Positions 1 to 9,526 of a stretch of DNA of 64,000 nt are shown here, piece after piece. The stretch covers positions 94,249 through 158,248 of the forward strand of contig CAYSAJ010000001.1 of NCBI GenBank assembly GCA_964429005.1. The letters run 5' to 3'. A program made the translations under genes and the position numbers. The notes beneath the pieces were generated by a model. It was not told where the DNA came from. It did not search any database and worked only from the letters and a program-made list of their open reading frames with translations. Each line of letters begins with the position of its first letter. The stretch's first letter is position 1. The DNA comes from an uncultured bacterium. Its GTDB lineage: Bacteria > Chlamydiota > Chlamydiia > Chlamydiales > JACRBE01.

Positions 1-410
1 AATCTCACTTCCTGGTTGAGGATCTTTCCTTGATCGACAATATCCTTTTTCCCGCTAAAATTGCTAGGAAAGGGACACATGTTCACTCTGACTCCTATGC
101 AAGAGCTTTAGACCTTCTACGACGAGTCGACCTGTCTGAAAAACTGAGCGCCCCCGCTTACTGTTTATCAGGAGGTGAAAAGCAACGAGCCTCCCTAGCC
201 CGGGCGCTCATGAATGACCCTGACATTATCTTCGCCGATGAGCCCACAGGGAACCTTGATGCAGCCCATGCTAAAGAGATCCAAGATCTTCTTATCGATC
301 TTACCCACAAATTCAACAAAACACTTCTTGTTGTAACCCACGACGAGTTATTTGCAGAGCGCCTTGATCGTCAATTTAAATTACAAAACAAAACCCTCAT
401 CCCGCTATAA
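1..410 (+). CDS. ABC transporter ATP-binding protein, C-terminal part (LolD/MacB-type); 5' end lies outside the window
   Basis: The frame is open from base 3. It has the ABC signature LSGGEKQR, Walker B DIIFADEPTGNLD and H-loop VVTHD. Confidence 0.85.
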   Translation, partial: SHFLVEDLSLIDNILFPAKIARKGTHVHSDSYARALDLLRRVDLSEKLSAPAYCLSGGEKQRASLARALMNDPDIIFADEPTGNLDAAHAKEIQDLLIDLTHKFNKTLLVVTHDELFAERLDRQFKLQNKTLIPL

Positions 411-439
411 TCAGACCAATTTTTTTTGAGGTCTCTGAA

Positions 440-1834
440 ATGAAAATTGCGCTGATTGGAACAGGTTATGTAGGTCTTGTGACCGCTCTTTGTTTTGCCG
501 AAATGGGTCAACATGTCACTTGTGTTGACATTGACCCCGAAAAAATCAAACTTCTTTCTGCAGGAATCCCTACTTTTTATGAACCGGGGCTCGAGGCTCT
601 TCTTCAAAAAAACCTCTCTCAATCTCGAATCGATTTTACCGAAGATACAAAACAAGCTCTAGAAGCAGCAGATTTTTGTTTTCTTGCTCTTCCAACAAAT
701 AAAAAAGAAGATGGTTCAGCAGACTTGGGGCCTCTGCTTGCGGCGACCAAAACTCTAGCTCAAAGTTTATCAAAACCCTTAATCGTAGTTACTAAATCCA
801 CTTCCCCTATCGGAACAAGAGATAGACTCTATTCTTTGATACAAGAGGAACTTGCTAAAAAAGGTGTCGATTGGGAAATTGATGTAGTCTCTAGCCCTGA
901 ATTTTTGAAAGAGGGGTCAGCGATCGCCGACTGTATGAAACCAAGCCGAATTCTTATCGGAAGCCACAACCCACATTCCATCGAGCAACTAAAAAAACTC
1001 TATAAGCCATTTTCTCTCAGTCATGACCGCTTTTTTGTCATGAGTCCCAGATCAGCTGAAATGACAAAATACGCGGCGAACATCATGCTTGCATCTCGCA
1101 TTTCTCTTATGAACGATTTAGCTCTTCTTTGTGAAGAAATGGGAGCAAATATTCATGATGTACGAGTGGGAATAGGATCCGATGAGCGCATCGGATATCA
1201 ATTTCTTTATGCCGGAGTAGGATTCGGAGGCTCTTGCTTTCCGAAAGATTTGGAAGCAGCTCGCCATATGGCTGAGGAAAGAGGAATTCAGATGCCGATG
1301 CTAGACGCCATATTAAAGGTGAACGAAAGACAAAAGCAGATATTATTTCAGAAAATTGATCGTTATTTCCAGGGGCAACTTGAAGGCAAAACCATTGCAA
1401 TTTGGGGTCTTAGCTTCAAACCTGAAACTGACGACATTCGAGAAGCGCCTAGCATCACACTGGTTGGAGAGCTGCTTGCTGCTGGTTCCAAAGTCCATTT
1501 ATTTGATCCGATTGCCTGCAAAAATATGCAAAAAATCTTTCCTTCTTCTAGCCAAGTGATTTATTTTACTTCAGAATATGAAGCTGTAAAAAATAGCGAT
1601 GCTATTGCTCTTGTAACAGAGTGGAAACAATTTCGATTTGTTGACCATCATAAAATTCTCTCTGCAATGAAAGGAAAAGGGTTCTTTGATGGAAGGAATC
1701 AATACTCATCAGAAGAGATGCTAGAGCTAGGTTATGATTATTTTGGCATAGGAGTACCCCTTGAGAGCACAAACCCTTCCTCTATCAAATTACATAGAGC
1801 AAATCAATTCTCATCTGTCCACGCTCTTACCTAA
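440..1834 (+). CDS. ugd: UDP-glucose 6-dehydrogenase
   Basis: N-terminal Rossmann motif IGTGYVGL and catalytic-Cys motif GFGGSCFPKD. The C-terminal ...FDGRN...YFGIG is followed by a ~28-aa extension that overlaps the next gene. Confidence 0.9.
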   Translation: MKIALIGTGYVGLVTALCFAEMGQHVTCVDIDPEKIKLLSAGIPTFYEPGLEALLQKNLSQSRIDFTEDTKQALEAADFCFLALPTNKKEDGSADLGPLLAATKTLAQSLSKPLIVVTKSTSPIGTRDRLYSLIQEELAKKGVDWEIDVVSSPEFLKEGSAIADCMKPSRILIGSHNPHSIEQLKKLYKPFSLSHDRFFVMSPRSAEMTKYAANIMLASRISLMNDLALLCEEMGANIHDVRVGIGSDERIGYQFLYAGVGFGGSCFPKDLEAARHMAEERGIQMPMLDAILKVNERQKQILFQKIDRYFQGQLEGKTIAIWGLSFKPETDDIREAPSITLVGELLAAGSKVHLFDPIACKNMQKIFPSSSQVIYFTSEYEAVKNSDAIALVTEWKQFRFVDHHKILSAMKGKGFFDGRNQYSSEEMLELGYDYFGIGVPLESTNPSSIKLHRANQFSSVHALT

Positions 1835-2582
1835 ACTTGAAGGCCCTTCAAAAGTTCTTCAGGAAGCGGGATACTATTCATTGCTATCGGGCGGAAAAAG
1901 AATACGCCCGATGCTTCCCCTTTTAATCCTGGCAGGTCATGGACGGGACATCTCCAGTTTTCTGGATGTCATTTGCGCTTTAGAATTGATCCATACATAT
2001 TCACTGATCCATGATGATCTTCCGAGTATGGACGATGATGATTTTCGCCGCGGCAAGCCATCCCTTCATAGAGCATATGAAGAATCGACAGCGATTCTAA
2101 CAGGAGACTTCCTTCTTACCTATTCGTTCGAATTAATTGCAAAAAGTCGTCATCTCGATGCTACTCTAAAAGCAGAGCTCATCTACTCTCTTTCTCATTT
2201 TGGAGGTGGTAAAGGCTTAATAGGAGGTCAAATAGAAGACATGGCGCAAGAGGCAAGCTCCTATCACGATCTTGAGATTATGTATGCAAAAAAAACAGCC
2301 GCCCTTTTTTCATGTGCTCTCGATTTTGGGGCATTACTTTGCTCTGATCTAAGCCGAAGGATGGCGCTACAAAATCTAGGATTCCATATGGGTATTTTGT
2401 ATCAACACCTTGATGACATTCAAGATCAAGATAGTCATTTTTCTTTAATTTCACCCTTAGAAAGAAAAGCTAGATGCAATTTTCACTTTGAGCAGATGAA
2501 AGAAATCTGTTTGAGTCTGCCTAATGAGTATGAGAGTTTGAAAACCTATGTTTTTAACCACCTTTTTCCCGATTTAGAATGA
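1761..2582 (+). CDS. ispA: Polyprenyl (farnesyl/geranylgeranyl) diphosphate synthase
   Basis: GGKRIRP; first Asp-rich motif LIHDDLPSMDDDDFRRGKPSLH; second Asp-rich motif HLDDIQD. TTG is the only in-frame start upstream of the conserved N-terminus. Confidence 0.85.
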   Translation: MRAQTLPLSNYIEQINSHLSTLLPKLEGPSKVLQEAGYYSLLSGGKRIRPMLPLLILAGHGRDISSFLDVICALELIHTYSLIHDDLPSMDDDDFRRGKPSLHRAYEESTAILTGDFLLTYSFELIAKSRHLDATLKAELIYSLSHFGGGKGLIGGQIEDMAQEASSYHDLEIMYAKKTAALFSCALDFGALLCSDLSRRMALQNLGFHMGILYQHLDDIQDQDSHFSLISPLERKARCNFHFEQMKEICLSLPNEYESLKTYVFNHLFPDLE

Positions 2583-3187
2583 CCTTTAAACGTCTCTTTG
2601 ACATTGCTTTTAGCCTATTTGTCCTCTTCACTCTCTCCCCTCTTTATCTGTTAATAGGAATTGCCATAAAACTCTCCTCTGATGGACCGATTTTTTATAA
2701 AAGCGTTAGAGTAAAAAAGAACTTTGAGCTGTTTCCTTGCTGGAAGTTTCGGACGATGTATATCGATGCAGATCGCCGATTAGCTGAGATCCTTGAAAAA
2801 GACAAGATTCTTAAGGAAGAATGGAATCTATTTCGAAAAATGCAAAACGATCCTCGGATCACTCCCCTTGGAAAATTTTTACGAAAAACCTCTCTTGATG
2901 AATTCCCTCAATTTTACAACGTTCTCAAAGGGGATTTAAGCATTGTGGGGCCAAGACCTTATTTTCAAGAAGAGATCGATGTCTACGTAAAAGACAAGGC
3001 GCCAATGATCCTTTCGATTAAGCCTGGACTCACTGGTATTTGGCAAACCTCCGGCAGAAACACTTTAACGATCATGCAAAGAATTGCTCTTGATGAAAAA
3101 TATCTTGAAACTCAATCCTTTTTTCTAGATATCAAGATTATCTTTAAAACAATTAAACTCATTTTTATTTCTCATGGATCTTACTAA
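2579..3187 (+). CDS. Small monotopic phosphoglycosyl (bacterial sugar) transferase, PglC/WbaP C-terminal-domain type
   Basis: One N-terminal hydrophobic helix, then motifs SLDEFPQFYNVLKGDLSIVGPRP and GLTGIWQ. The start overlaps the ispA stop (ATGA). Confidence 0.8.
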   Translation: MTFKRLFDIAFSLFVLFTLSPLYLLIGIAIKLSSDGPIFYKSVRVKKNFELFPCWKFRTMYIDADRRLAEILEKDKILKEEWNLFRKMQNDPRITPLGKFLRKTSLDEFPQFYNVLKGDLSIVGPRPYFQEEIDVYVKDKAPMILSIKPGLTGIWQTSGRNTLTIMQRIALDEKYLETQSFFLDIKIIFKTIKLIFISHGSY

Positions 3188-3740
3188 GAAAATTTCTTTC
3201 CCTCTTCTTTGTTCTTTATTGATTGTTATCTTGTTTCCTTACTATTTCCCTTCATTACCCCTTGTGTTTTTCGCCCCTTATCTCTGCTTTTTGCTGAGCT
3301 CAGACAAGCCTCTCAAAACTGTCATCCTTTGTGCCTTCTTTTTAGGGTTGTTTATTGATTTAGTTTCTTCTCATTTGGTTTTTGGCAGCTTTGCTCTTTC
3401 TTATGTCCTCACATCCATGGTTATGTATCGCATCCGAAATCTGTTTTTTTCTTCTAAAGCCATACCTTTTGCTCTGATGGTCTCTGTGTTCTCGCTTGTG
3501 TTTTTTATTTTTGATGCTTTATTTAATGTCCTGGAGAGACCCCTTTTTTCATTAACTTTACACCACCTTCTCCTACTAGCTCTCCAAAATCTCTTTCTTC
3601 ATTTCTTCTATGGCTACCTCTGGATGGCTCTACCCTCACTTAAACAAAAAGGAAGGAAAGAATTGCAATCCCTCATTCAAGCCATTAAAATAGGAAAAAA
3701 ACTCGGATTAAAAAAATGGCTTCGACCCAAGAGCTCATAG
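3174..3740 (+). CDS. Polytopic membrane protein, function unknown
   Basis: The ORF is almost entirely hydrophobic (about 5 predicted helices) with a basic C-terminal tail. It is tightly packed in the operon. No motif is recognised. Confidence 0.5.
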   Translation: MDLTKKISFPLLCSLLIVILFPYYFPSLPLVFFAPYLCFLLSSDKPLKTVILCAFFLGLFIDLVSSHLVFGSFALSYVLTSMVMYRIRNLFFSSKAIPFALMVSVFSLVFFIFDALFNVLERPLFSLTLHHLLLLALQNLFLHFFYGYLWMALPSLKQKGRKELQSLIQAIKIGKKLGLKKWLRPKSS

Positions 3741-4519
3741 ATTTTTCAAACACATGCCGCTCTTTGGCCCTGAGCGCTGGAGAAATTTTAAGACAAGGAT
3801 ATGGGTCTCATTTCAAAATCCACTCTAAATCATCCCGTCACGACTTAGTCACTGAGTATGATCAAAAATCTGAAAGTTATCTGATCGAGCAGATCAAAAA
3901 AAAATACCCTCATCACGATATATTATCCGAAGAGAGTGGCTCTTTAGGCCTCTCCTCTCCTTATTGCTGGGTCATTGACCCTCTAGATGGCACAGTGAAC
4001 TTTGCCCACCAAATCCCGGTTTTTTCGGTGAGCATCGCTCTTTGTTATCAAAAAAGAATTCTAACAGGATGTGTTTATCATCCGATGATGAACGAACTTT
4101 TCTATGCCACTGAAGGTCTTGGCGCGTTCTTAAATGACGAATCTATTGAAGTTTCTCACCAGACCTCTTTCCCAAATTCAGTGGGGGCGACCGGATTTCC
4201 CTATGATGTAGAGAAAAACCCCTACGGATGCCTCGATCAGTTCGTGGCTGTTTCTAAACTTGGAATTCCCTTAAGACGACTTGGATCTGCTGCTATAGAC
4301 CTTTGTTATGTAGCCGCTGGTCGCTTTGATTTTTATTGGGAATCCACTCTCCACCCTTGGGATTTCGCCGCTGGGGCTCTTATTGTCAAAGAAGCAAAAG
4401 GGATGGTTACTACAATAGGAGGAGGCGATCCAGATCCTTTGCAATCGTCTTCAATTTTATCCAGCAATAAACTCGTCCACGAAAAGCTCGTCAGAGTCAT
4501 TCAGGAGAATTGGTTATGA
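3716..4519 (+). CDS. suhB: Inositol monophosphatase family protein
   Basis: IMPase motifs SEESG, WVIDPLDGTVNFAH and WDFAAG. Confidence 0.85.
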   Translation: MASTQELIDFSNTCRSLALSAGEILRQGYGSHFKIHSKSSRHDLVTEYDQKSESYLIEQIKKKYPHHDILSEESGSLGLSSPYCWVIDPLDGTVNFAHQIPVFSVSIALCYQKRILTGCVYHPMMNELFYATEGLGAFLNDESIEVSHQTSFPNSVGATGFPYDVEKNPYGCLDQFVAVSKLGIPLRRLGSAAIDLCYVAAGRFDFYWESTLHPWDFAAGALIVKEAKGMVTTIGGGDPDPLQSSSILSSNKLVHEKLVRVIQENWL

Positions 4520-5424
4520 TCCTGTTAAATGGTAAAAAAGTTGCAGACGAAATTTACTCACAAATCAAAGAGGAAATGCCTCTCTATGAGAAAAAAAAGC
4601 CAGGCCTTGCTTTTATTCTTATTGGAGAAGATCCAGCTTCGGCGTCATATGTCCGGATGAAGCAAAAACAGTGCGGAGCTCTGGGGTTTAATTCATTTGT
4701 AGAAAAATTGCCCGCATCGACAACAGAACTATCTCTTATTCAGCTCATTCAAGCCTTCAATCAATCTTCAGAGGTGCATGGCATCCTAGTACAGCAACCT
4801 CTCCCTGCCCATATCAATAATTGGAATGTCTTATGCTCTATTGATCCCAGCAAAGATGTTGACGGTTTTCATCCGCTCAACGTGGGTAAATTGGCCTTAG
4901 AGAACGAAAGTGGCTTTATCCCTTGTACCCCTTTTGGCATCTTAAAACTACTATCTTCGTACCATATCTCATTAGAAGGGAAACATGTTGTTGTCGTCGG
5001 TCGCAGCGCGATTGTTGGAAAACCTCTTTCCTTGCTTCTTGCGCAAAAAAAGCCAGGGCTCAATGCAACCGTTACACTCTGTCACTCAGGAACCCCCCAC
5101 CTTGAAAGGTTTGCTAAAGAAGCAGATGTCCTTATTGTCGCTATGGGCCGACCTCACTTTATACAAGAGCACCATGTTAAAAAGGGGGCGATTGTTATCG
5201 ATGTAGGAATCAATCGATTCGAAGGTGAAGCAAAAATTGTTGGGGATGTCGATTTTTCAAAAGTTTCCCCTCTATGTTCTCATATTACCCCAGTCCCTGG
5301 GGGAGTGGGGCCGATGACGATTGCTATGCTGATGTATAATACATGGCATGCGTTTAAAAACTCTTTTTCCTCCTCAGCAAGTTCTTCTATCGGAAGAAAG
5401 GAAAGAATTGATAAAATGGGATAA
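4516..5424 (+). CDS. folD: Bifunctional methylene-THF dehydrogenase / methenyl-THF cyclohydrolase
   Basis: ILLNGKKVA..., YVRMKQK, GILVQQPLP, VVVGRSAIVGKP, PVPGGVGPMT. The ATG at 4516 overlaps the suhB stop (ATGA). The tracked TTG at 4510 is less likely. Confidence 0.9.
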   Translation: MILLNGKKVADEIYSQIKEEMPLYEKKKPGLAFILIGEDPASASYVRMKQKQCGALGFNSFVEKLPASTTELSLIQLIQAFNQSSEVHGILVQQPLPAHINNWNVLCSIDPSKDVDGFHPLNVGKLALENESGFIPCTPFGILKLLSSYHISLEGKHVVVVGRSAIVGKPLSLLLAQKKPGLNATVTLCHSGTPHLERFAKEADVLIVAMGRPHFIQEHHVKKGAIVIDVGINRFEGEAKIVGDVDFSKVSPLCSHITPVPGGVGPMTIAMLMYNTWHAFKNSFSSSASSSIGRKERIDKMG

Positions 5425-5502
5425 AATCTAGTAAAAGACAATTTACTTTGTTTTTTACCCCCTCTTTCTTCAAGAAAAGAGGTTTATCATCTTAGGAAAA
5501 AT

Positions 5503-7386
5503 ATGACATTAGAATTAATGACCGGGAGACTGAGTTTACATCCGAAAGGATATGGATTTGTCCAACATTTAGAAACTGATTTAGAAGTTTTCATCCCCAA
5601 AAGATACGTTGAAGAAGCGATCGACGGCGATATCGTCGAAGTTGAATATGACCCAGCTCAAAAAACTCAAAAGGGACACGAAGGCAAAATCACCTCCATT
5701 ATCGAAAGAAAGCGCAGCCTCCTTCATGTAATTGTTATCGATAAAAAGGGAAAAGAAAAATATTTAGGCTATAGCCCTATTCTTGGACCTGAAAAGACCA
5801 TTTTAATCAAAAATTCTCCTCAAAAACTAAATATTAAAGACAGAGTTGCCGTCACCGTCCTCTCATGGGGGAGCAAAACTGAGGATGTTGAAAGCGTTTT
5901 TGTTAAAATGCTCGGAAGCATTGACGAGGCAAAAAGTGATATTGAAGCTACTGCCATCGATTACTTTCTCCCTCTTTCATTCCCCAAAGAATGTTTGCAG
6001 CAAGCAGAAGATTTTGGCGAAGTCGTCACAAAAAAAGATGAAGAAGGAAGAGTTGACCTTACTAGTCTAGAAACATTCACCATCGATCCCAAAGAAGCTA
6101 AAGATTACGATGACGCGCTCTCTTTGATTGAAAAAGACCATTCATCCATCCTTTATGTTCATATTGCCGATGTCTCTCACTATGTAAAACCTGGGACACC
6201 GATTGATATTGAAGCAAAAAAGCGGGGAAACTCCACTTATCTTCCTGGACGTTGCCTCCCTATGCTCCCAGAAAACCTCTCGAACCATCTTTGCTCACTC
6301 AAAGCAAAAGTAAAGCGTTTAGCAGTTACTGTAGAGCTCCATTTTAATAAAAGTGGCGACCTTCTTCATTACAAGGTCTACCGAAGTGTGATTAAAAGTC
6401 AGACTCGCTTCACTTATGAAGAAGCCAAAGAGGTTCTTGATGGTCAAAAGAAAAGCGAGCACGCGCCAACTCTTATAAAAATGGTGGGACTTTGCGAGAA
6501 GCTCAAACTCAAGAGAAAAGAAAGGGGAAGTTTTGATTTTGCGATGCCAGACCTCAGACTGATCATCGACAAAGAAGGAAACCCAACCCATTTTGAGCGT
6601 GTTGAGTATGACATTACTCATCAACTTGTAGAAGAGTTTATGCTGAAGGCTAACGAAATGGTAGCCGTCTATTTGCAAGAGCAAAACAAACCTACACTGT
6701 TTAGGGTTCATGACTCTCCAGCCGAAGATAAGATAGACAATCTTTATGATTTCATTCGAAAAGTTGGCTTTTCGCTCCCAATGAAACCCACATTTGATGA
6801 TTTACGTGATGTTTTTGAAAAGGCTAAAAACTCCCCACACTCTTATCATCTCTCCGTTAATTTCATCCGAAGCATGAAACTTGCTTACTATAGTGAAGAA
6901 AATGTAGGTCATTTTGGTCTCAGCCTTGATCATTATCTCCATTTTACCTCGCCGATTCGGCGCTATAGCGACTTAATCGTCCATAGAGGTGTTTTTGATG
7001 AACCTTTGGATAATTTAAAATCTGTTGCAAAACATGTCTCGGGGCAAGAAAGAAATAGCTTCAAAGCAGAGTCTTCTCTTTTACACTTGAAAAAGCTTCG
7101 TCTTATTGACCATTTTTTTGACAAAGATCCTTATCGAAAGTATGAGGCAACTATTGTAAAATGTAAGCCGATGGGATTCTTTTTTGAACTCAAAGACTTC
7201 TTTTTAGAGGGTTTTATTCATATTTCTGAAATTGGGAAAGACTATTACATTTTCTACCCTGCCACCGAAATCATAGAAGGTGACAGAACAAAGCAAAGGT
7301 TCGCAACAGGGCAAACAATTCTTGTTGAGCTTGAATCAATAGACCTTGTTTACAAAGAATGTGGATGGATTCTTTCGAAGACATAA
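5503..7386 (+). CDS. rnr: Ribonuclease R (RNase II/R family, VacB)
   Basis: N-terminal cold-shock-like HPKGYGFV; RNB domain motifs IDPKEAKDYDDALS and HFTSPIRRYSDLIVHR; C-terminal S1-like domain. Confidence 0.9.
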   Translation: MTLELMTGRLSLHPKGYGFVQHLETDLEVFIPKRYVEEAIDGDIVEVEYDPAQKTQKGHEGKITSIIERKRSLLHVIVIDKKGKEKYLGYSPILGPEKTILIKNSPQKLNIKDRVAVTVLSWGSKTEDVESVFVKMLGSIDEAKSDIEATAIDYFLPLSFPKECLQQAEDFGEVVTKKDEEGRVDLTSLETFTIDPKEAKDYDDALSLIEKDHSSILYVHIADVSHYVKPGTPIDIEAKKRGNSTYLPGRCLPMLPENLSNHLCSLKAKVKRLAVTVELHFNKSGDLLHYKVYRSVIKSQTRFTYEEAKEVLDGQKKSEHAPTLIKMVGLCEKLKLKRKERGSFDFAMPDLRLIIDKEGNPTHFERVEYDITHQLVEEFMLKANEMVAVYLQEQNKPTLFRVHDSPAEDKIDNLYDFIRKVGFSLPMKPTFDDLRDVFEKAKNSPHSYHLSVNFIRSMKLAYYSEENVGHFGLSLDHYLHFTSPIRRYSDLIVHRGVFDEPLDNLKSVAKHVSGQERNSFKAESSLLHLKKLRLIDHFFDKDPYRKYEATIVKCKPMGFFFELKDFFLEGFIHISEIGKDYYIFYPATEIIEGDRTKQRFATGQTILVELESIDLVYKECGWILSKT

Positions 7387-7441
7387 CAATACTTTACTTT
7401 TATTCAGCAGTCATAAAAGATGACTCCAAAAAGAGGTGTGC

Positions 7442-8089
7442 ATGAAAAAATATTTTATAACCGGTATCATCATATTACTTCCTCTTGCCGTTACGATTGC
7501 CATCGTCGCTTTTATCGTAGATTTTCTAACGCAACCATTTATGGGTGTTGTTTTAAAAATTTTTGCCGACGCTGACTTTATTCATAGAGGGTTCTTGTTT
7601 ATCCCCAAAGAACAGGCCATCCGTTATATTTCGCAAGCAACGATCTTGATCGGTCTTTTTCTAGCCACAGTATTGCTAGGAATGATCGCAAGATGGTTTT
7701 TCTTTAAATCTCTGATTAATTTAAGTGATCGGATTTTGCATCGTATACCTCTTGTTAATAAGGTTTATAAAACATCTCAAGAGATCATTAAGACTCTTTT
7801 CGCCTCTGACAAGAATTCCTTCAAACAAGTTGTCATGGTCCCATTTGGCCATGAAGGGACTTATGTGATTGGACTCATTTCAAGAGAGTCTCCTCAAATC
7901 TGCTCAGATCGTGCTGGCAAAACCCTCTACTCAGTTCTTGTCCCTACAACTCCTAACCCCACTACAGGATTCCTTTTGATGTACAGCGAAGAGGATATGA
8001 TCTTCCTTGACATGAAGCCTGAGGACGCGATCAAATACATCGTTTCCTGCGGCGTCATCACCCCTCCTTACCAGCCCAAAGAATCATAA
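7442..8089 (+). CDS. DUF502-family membrane protein (copy 1)
   Basis: Two N-terminal TM helices; IPLVNKVYKTSQE and VPTTPNPTTGF motifs typical of DUF502 as I recall them. AAGAGG lies 5 nt upstream of the ATG at 7442. Confidence 0.75.
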   Translation: MKKYFITGIIILLPLAVTIAIVAFIVDFLTQPFMGVVLKIFADADFIHRGFLFIPKEQAIRYISQATILIGLFLATVLLGMIARWFFFKSLINLSDRILHRIPLVNKVYKTSQEIIKTLFASDKNSFKQVVMVPFGHEGTYVIGLISRESPQICSDRAGKTLYSVLVPTTPNPTTGFLLMYSEEDMIFLDMKPEDAIKYIVSCGVITPPYQPKES

Positions 8090-8103
8090 CCCCCAACTTG
8101 CCC

Positions 8104-8751
8104 ATGAAAAAGTACTTCTTGACTGGTCTAGCTCTTTTTCTCCCAATAGGAATTCCGATAGTTATCATCGTCTTCTTATTTAGACTTATGACAGATCCTT
8201 TTTTAGGGATCATCGAATGGGAGCTTGAGACTCTTTCGATCAACCCTGCCTATCATAACGTCATGCTTGTGATCTTAAAGGTTCTGTTTCTTGTTGGAAT
8301 GTTCATTTTTATCACACTTCTTGGAATGATAGGTCATCATTATTTTTCTAAGTGGCTGATCTCTTCTTTGGAAAAAATGTTTTTAAAAATCCCAGTGGTA
8401 AAAACGATTTATCGCATTTCCGGAGAGATCACCAAATCTTTTCTTCAAACCACAGAAAAGCCCTTCAAAAAAAGCGTTCTCATCCGCTTCCCTAACGCTG
8501 ATTCATTCAGCTACGGATTTTACACGGGGGATGCGCCAAAGGAAATTATTGAAAAAGCAAAAGACCCTACTTTGAAAAATGTATTTCTTGCAACCTCTCC
8601 CCATCCCATTTCAGGCTTTCTTTTTATGGTGAAGGGGCACATGGTCGAAGATGTCGATATTTCTATAGAAGACATATTCAAGACGTTGATATCATGTGGC
8701 GTTTACAACGCCGATGATGAAAAAAATGACGAAGGAAGCCCTAAAGACTAA
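8104..8751 (+). CDS. DUF502-family membrane protein (copy 2, tandem paralog)
   Basis: Same length and architecture as copy 1: MKKYF(I/L)TG start, IPVVKTIYRISGE, ATSPHPISGF. Confidence 0.75.
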   Translation: MKKYFLTGLALFLPIGIPIVIIVFLFRLMTDPFLGIIEWELETLSINPAYHNVMLVILKVLFLVGMFIFITLLGMIGHHYFSKWLISSLEKMFLKIPVVKTIYRISGEITKSFLQTTEKPFKKSVLIRFPNADSFSYGFYTGDAPKEIIEKAKDPTLKNVFLATSPHPISGFLFMVKGHMVEDVDISIEDIFKTLISCGVYNADDEKNDEGSPKD

Positions 8752-9124
8752 AGTTTTTTTTCACGAGCTGAAAAAGCCTGAACAAAAGCTCCTGACTTTA
8801 TTTCAAATCTCCTCCCGCTATTCTCAAACAGCCCGCTCTTTGCAAATTTTGGCTGGCAGTAAAAAAATTGCTGAATATGTCGATCGATCACTTTGGCAAA
8901 ACCCCTCCTATTCATTCATCCCCCACCAGATAGGAATTTCCCCCCTTTCATACATTCATATCCTTGTTGAAGAAGATCCTTCTATCAAATATATTTTGAA
9001 TTTAACTCCGGCGACTCTCTCTCTACCTTATGGTGTGATCCATGAGTTTGAAGAGGGCTCAGAAACCTCAAAACAAAAATACACCCTTTATAAAGAAAAG
9101 GGTTATAACATCATTTTAATTTGA
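8714..9124 (+). CDS. holC: DNA polymerase III chi subunit-like protein
   Basis: VFFHEL...(R)SLWQNPSYSFIPH resembles the chi (HolC) core ...ALW...FVPH. The start is uncertain (ATG at 8714, 8717 or 8726) and overlaps the 3' end of the preceding gene. Confidence 0.55.
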   Translation: MMKKMTKEALKTKVFFHELKKPEQKLLTLFQISSRYSQTARSLQILAGSKKIAEYVDRSLWQNPSYSFIPHQIGISPLSYIHILVEEDPSIKYILNLTPATLSLPYGVIHEFEEGSETSKQKYTLYKEKGYNIILI

Positions 9125-9126
9125 TA

Positions 9127-9155
9127 TTGATTCCATTGAGAGTTTCCTATATAAT
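9127..9155 (+). promoter_or_regulatory. Sigma70-type promoter candidate (TTGATT-17 nt-TATAAT)
   Basis: TTGATT at 9127-9132, a 17-nt spacer, and a perfect TATAAT at 9150-9155. It lies upstream of the small-ORF/ybeY cluster. Confidence 0.45.
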
Positions 9156-9190
9156 CTCCACCCATAATTCATTTATGGAGAAAACCCAAC

Positions 9191-9355
9191 ATGACACGAA
9201 TGAGCAAGCAGCAAGAGAGACGATCTGTTTCTCCTAGAAAACGTCATTATCCTGCAAAAAAAACAGGCCCTTTAAAAGACTCTCTCCCAGAAGGGTACAA
9301 AATGCACGAAAATGCATCTTCCACTAAAACGATGTTTATTCCAAAGATAAAATAA
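9191..9355 (+). CDS. Small basic hypothetical protein (54 aa; below the ORF-track cutoff)
   Basis: ATG preceded by GGAG 10 nt upstream. Translation is MTRMSKQQERRSVSPRKRHYPAKKTGPLKDSLPEGYKMHENASSTKTMFIPKIK. No homology is recognised. Confidence 0.35.
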   Translation: MTRMSKQQERRSVSPRKRHYPAKKTGPLKDSLPEGYKMHENASSTKTMFIPKIK

Positions 9356-9367
9356 GGATACAGCACC

Positions 9368-9526
9368 ATGTCAAAACACAAAAGTTACGGAAAGTCCAGC
9401 AAAGGCGGAAAAAAGAAAAACGTCCTTAAGCGTTTCGAAAGAATCGACGTGCTGAGATCTCTCGGTCGTTGGAAAGACGGCGAAAACAAGAAAGTCACCG
9501 GTCTACCCAAAACTCCCGTAGAGTGA
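9368..9526 (+). CDS. Small basic protein (52 aa), resembling the PVC-superphylum 'small basic protein' family
   Basis: Hand translation is MSKHKSYGKSSKGGKKKNVLKRFERIDVLRSLGRWKDGENKKVTGLPKTPVE. The NVLKRFERI...G.W...V.GLPKT pattern matches my memory of that family. It is not in the ORF track. Confidence 0.55.
   Translation: MSKHKSYGKSSKGGKKKNVLKRFERIDVLRSLGRWKDGENKKVTGLPKTPVE

Noticed and set aside
371-655. 94-aa minus-strand ORF spanning the ABC/ugd junction
   Set aside because: It overlaps the ends of two well-supported plus-strand genes and has no motif or start context.
3174-3740. Possible MreD assignment for the 188-aa polytopic membrane protein
   Set aside because: The idea rests only on size and hydrophobic character. 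There is no adjacent mreB/mreC and I cannot verify a diagnostic motif. It is left as unknown.
9469-9522. Upstream TTG start for ybeY
   Set aside because: It would place the YbeY N-terminus inside the better-supported 52-aa small basic protein gene in another frame. The GTG at 9523 gives a normal-length YbeY.
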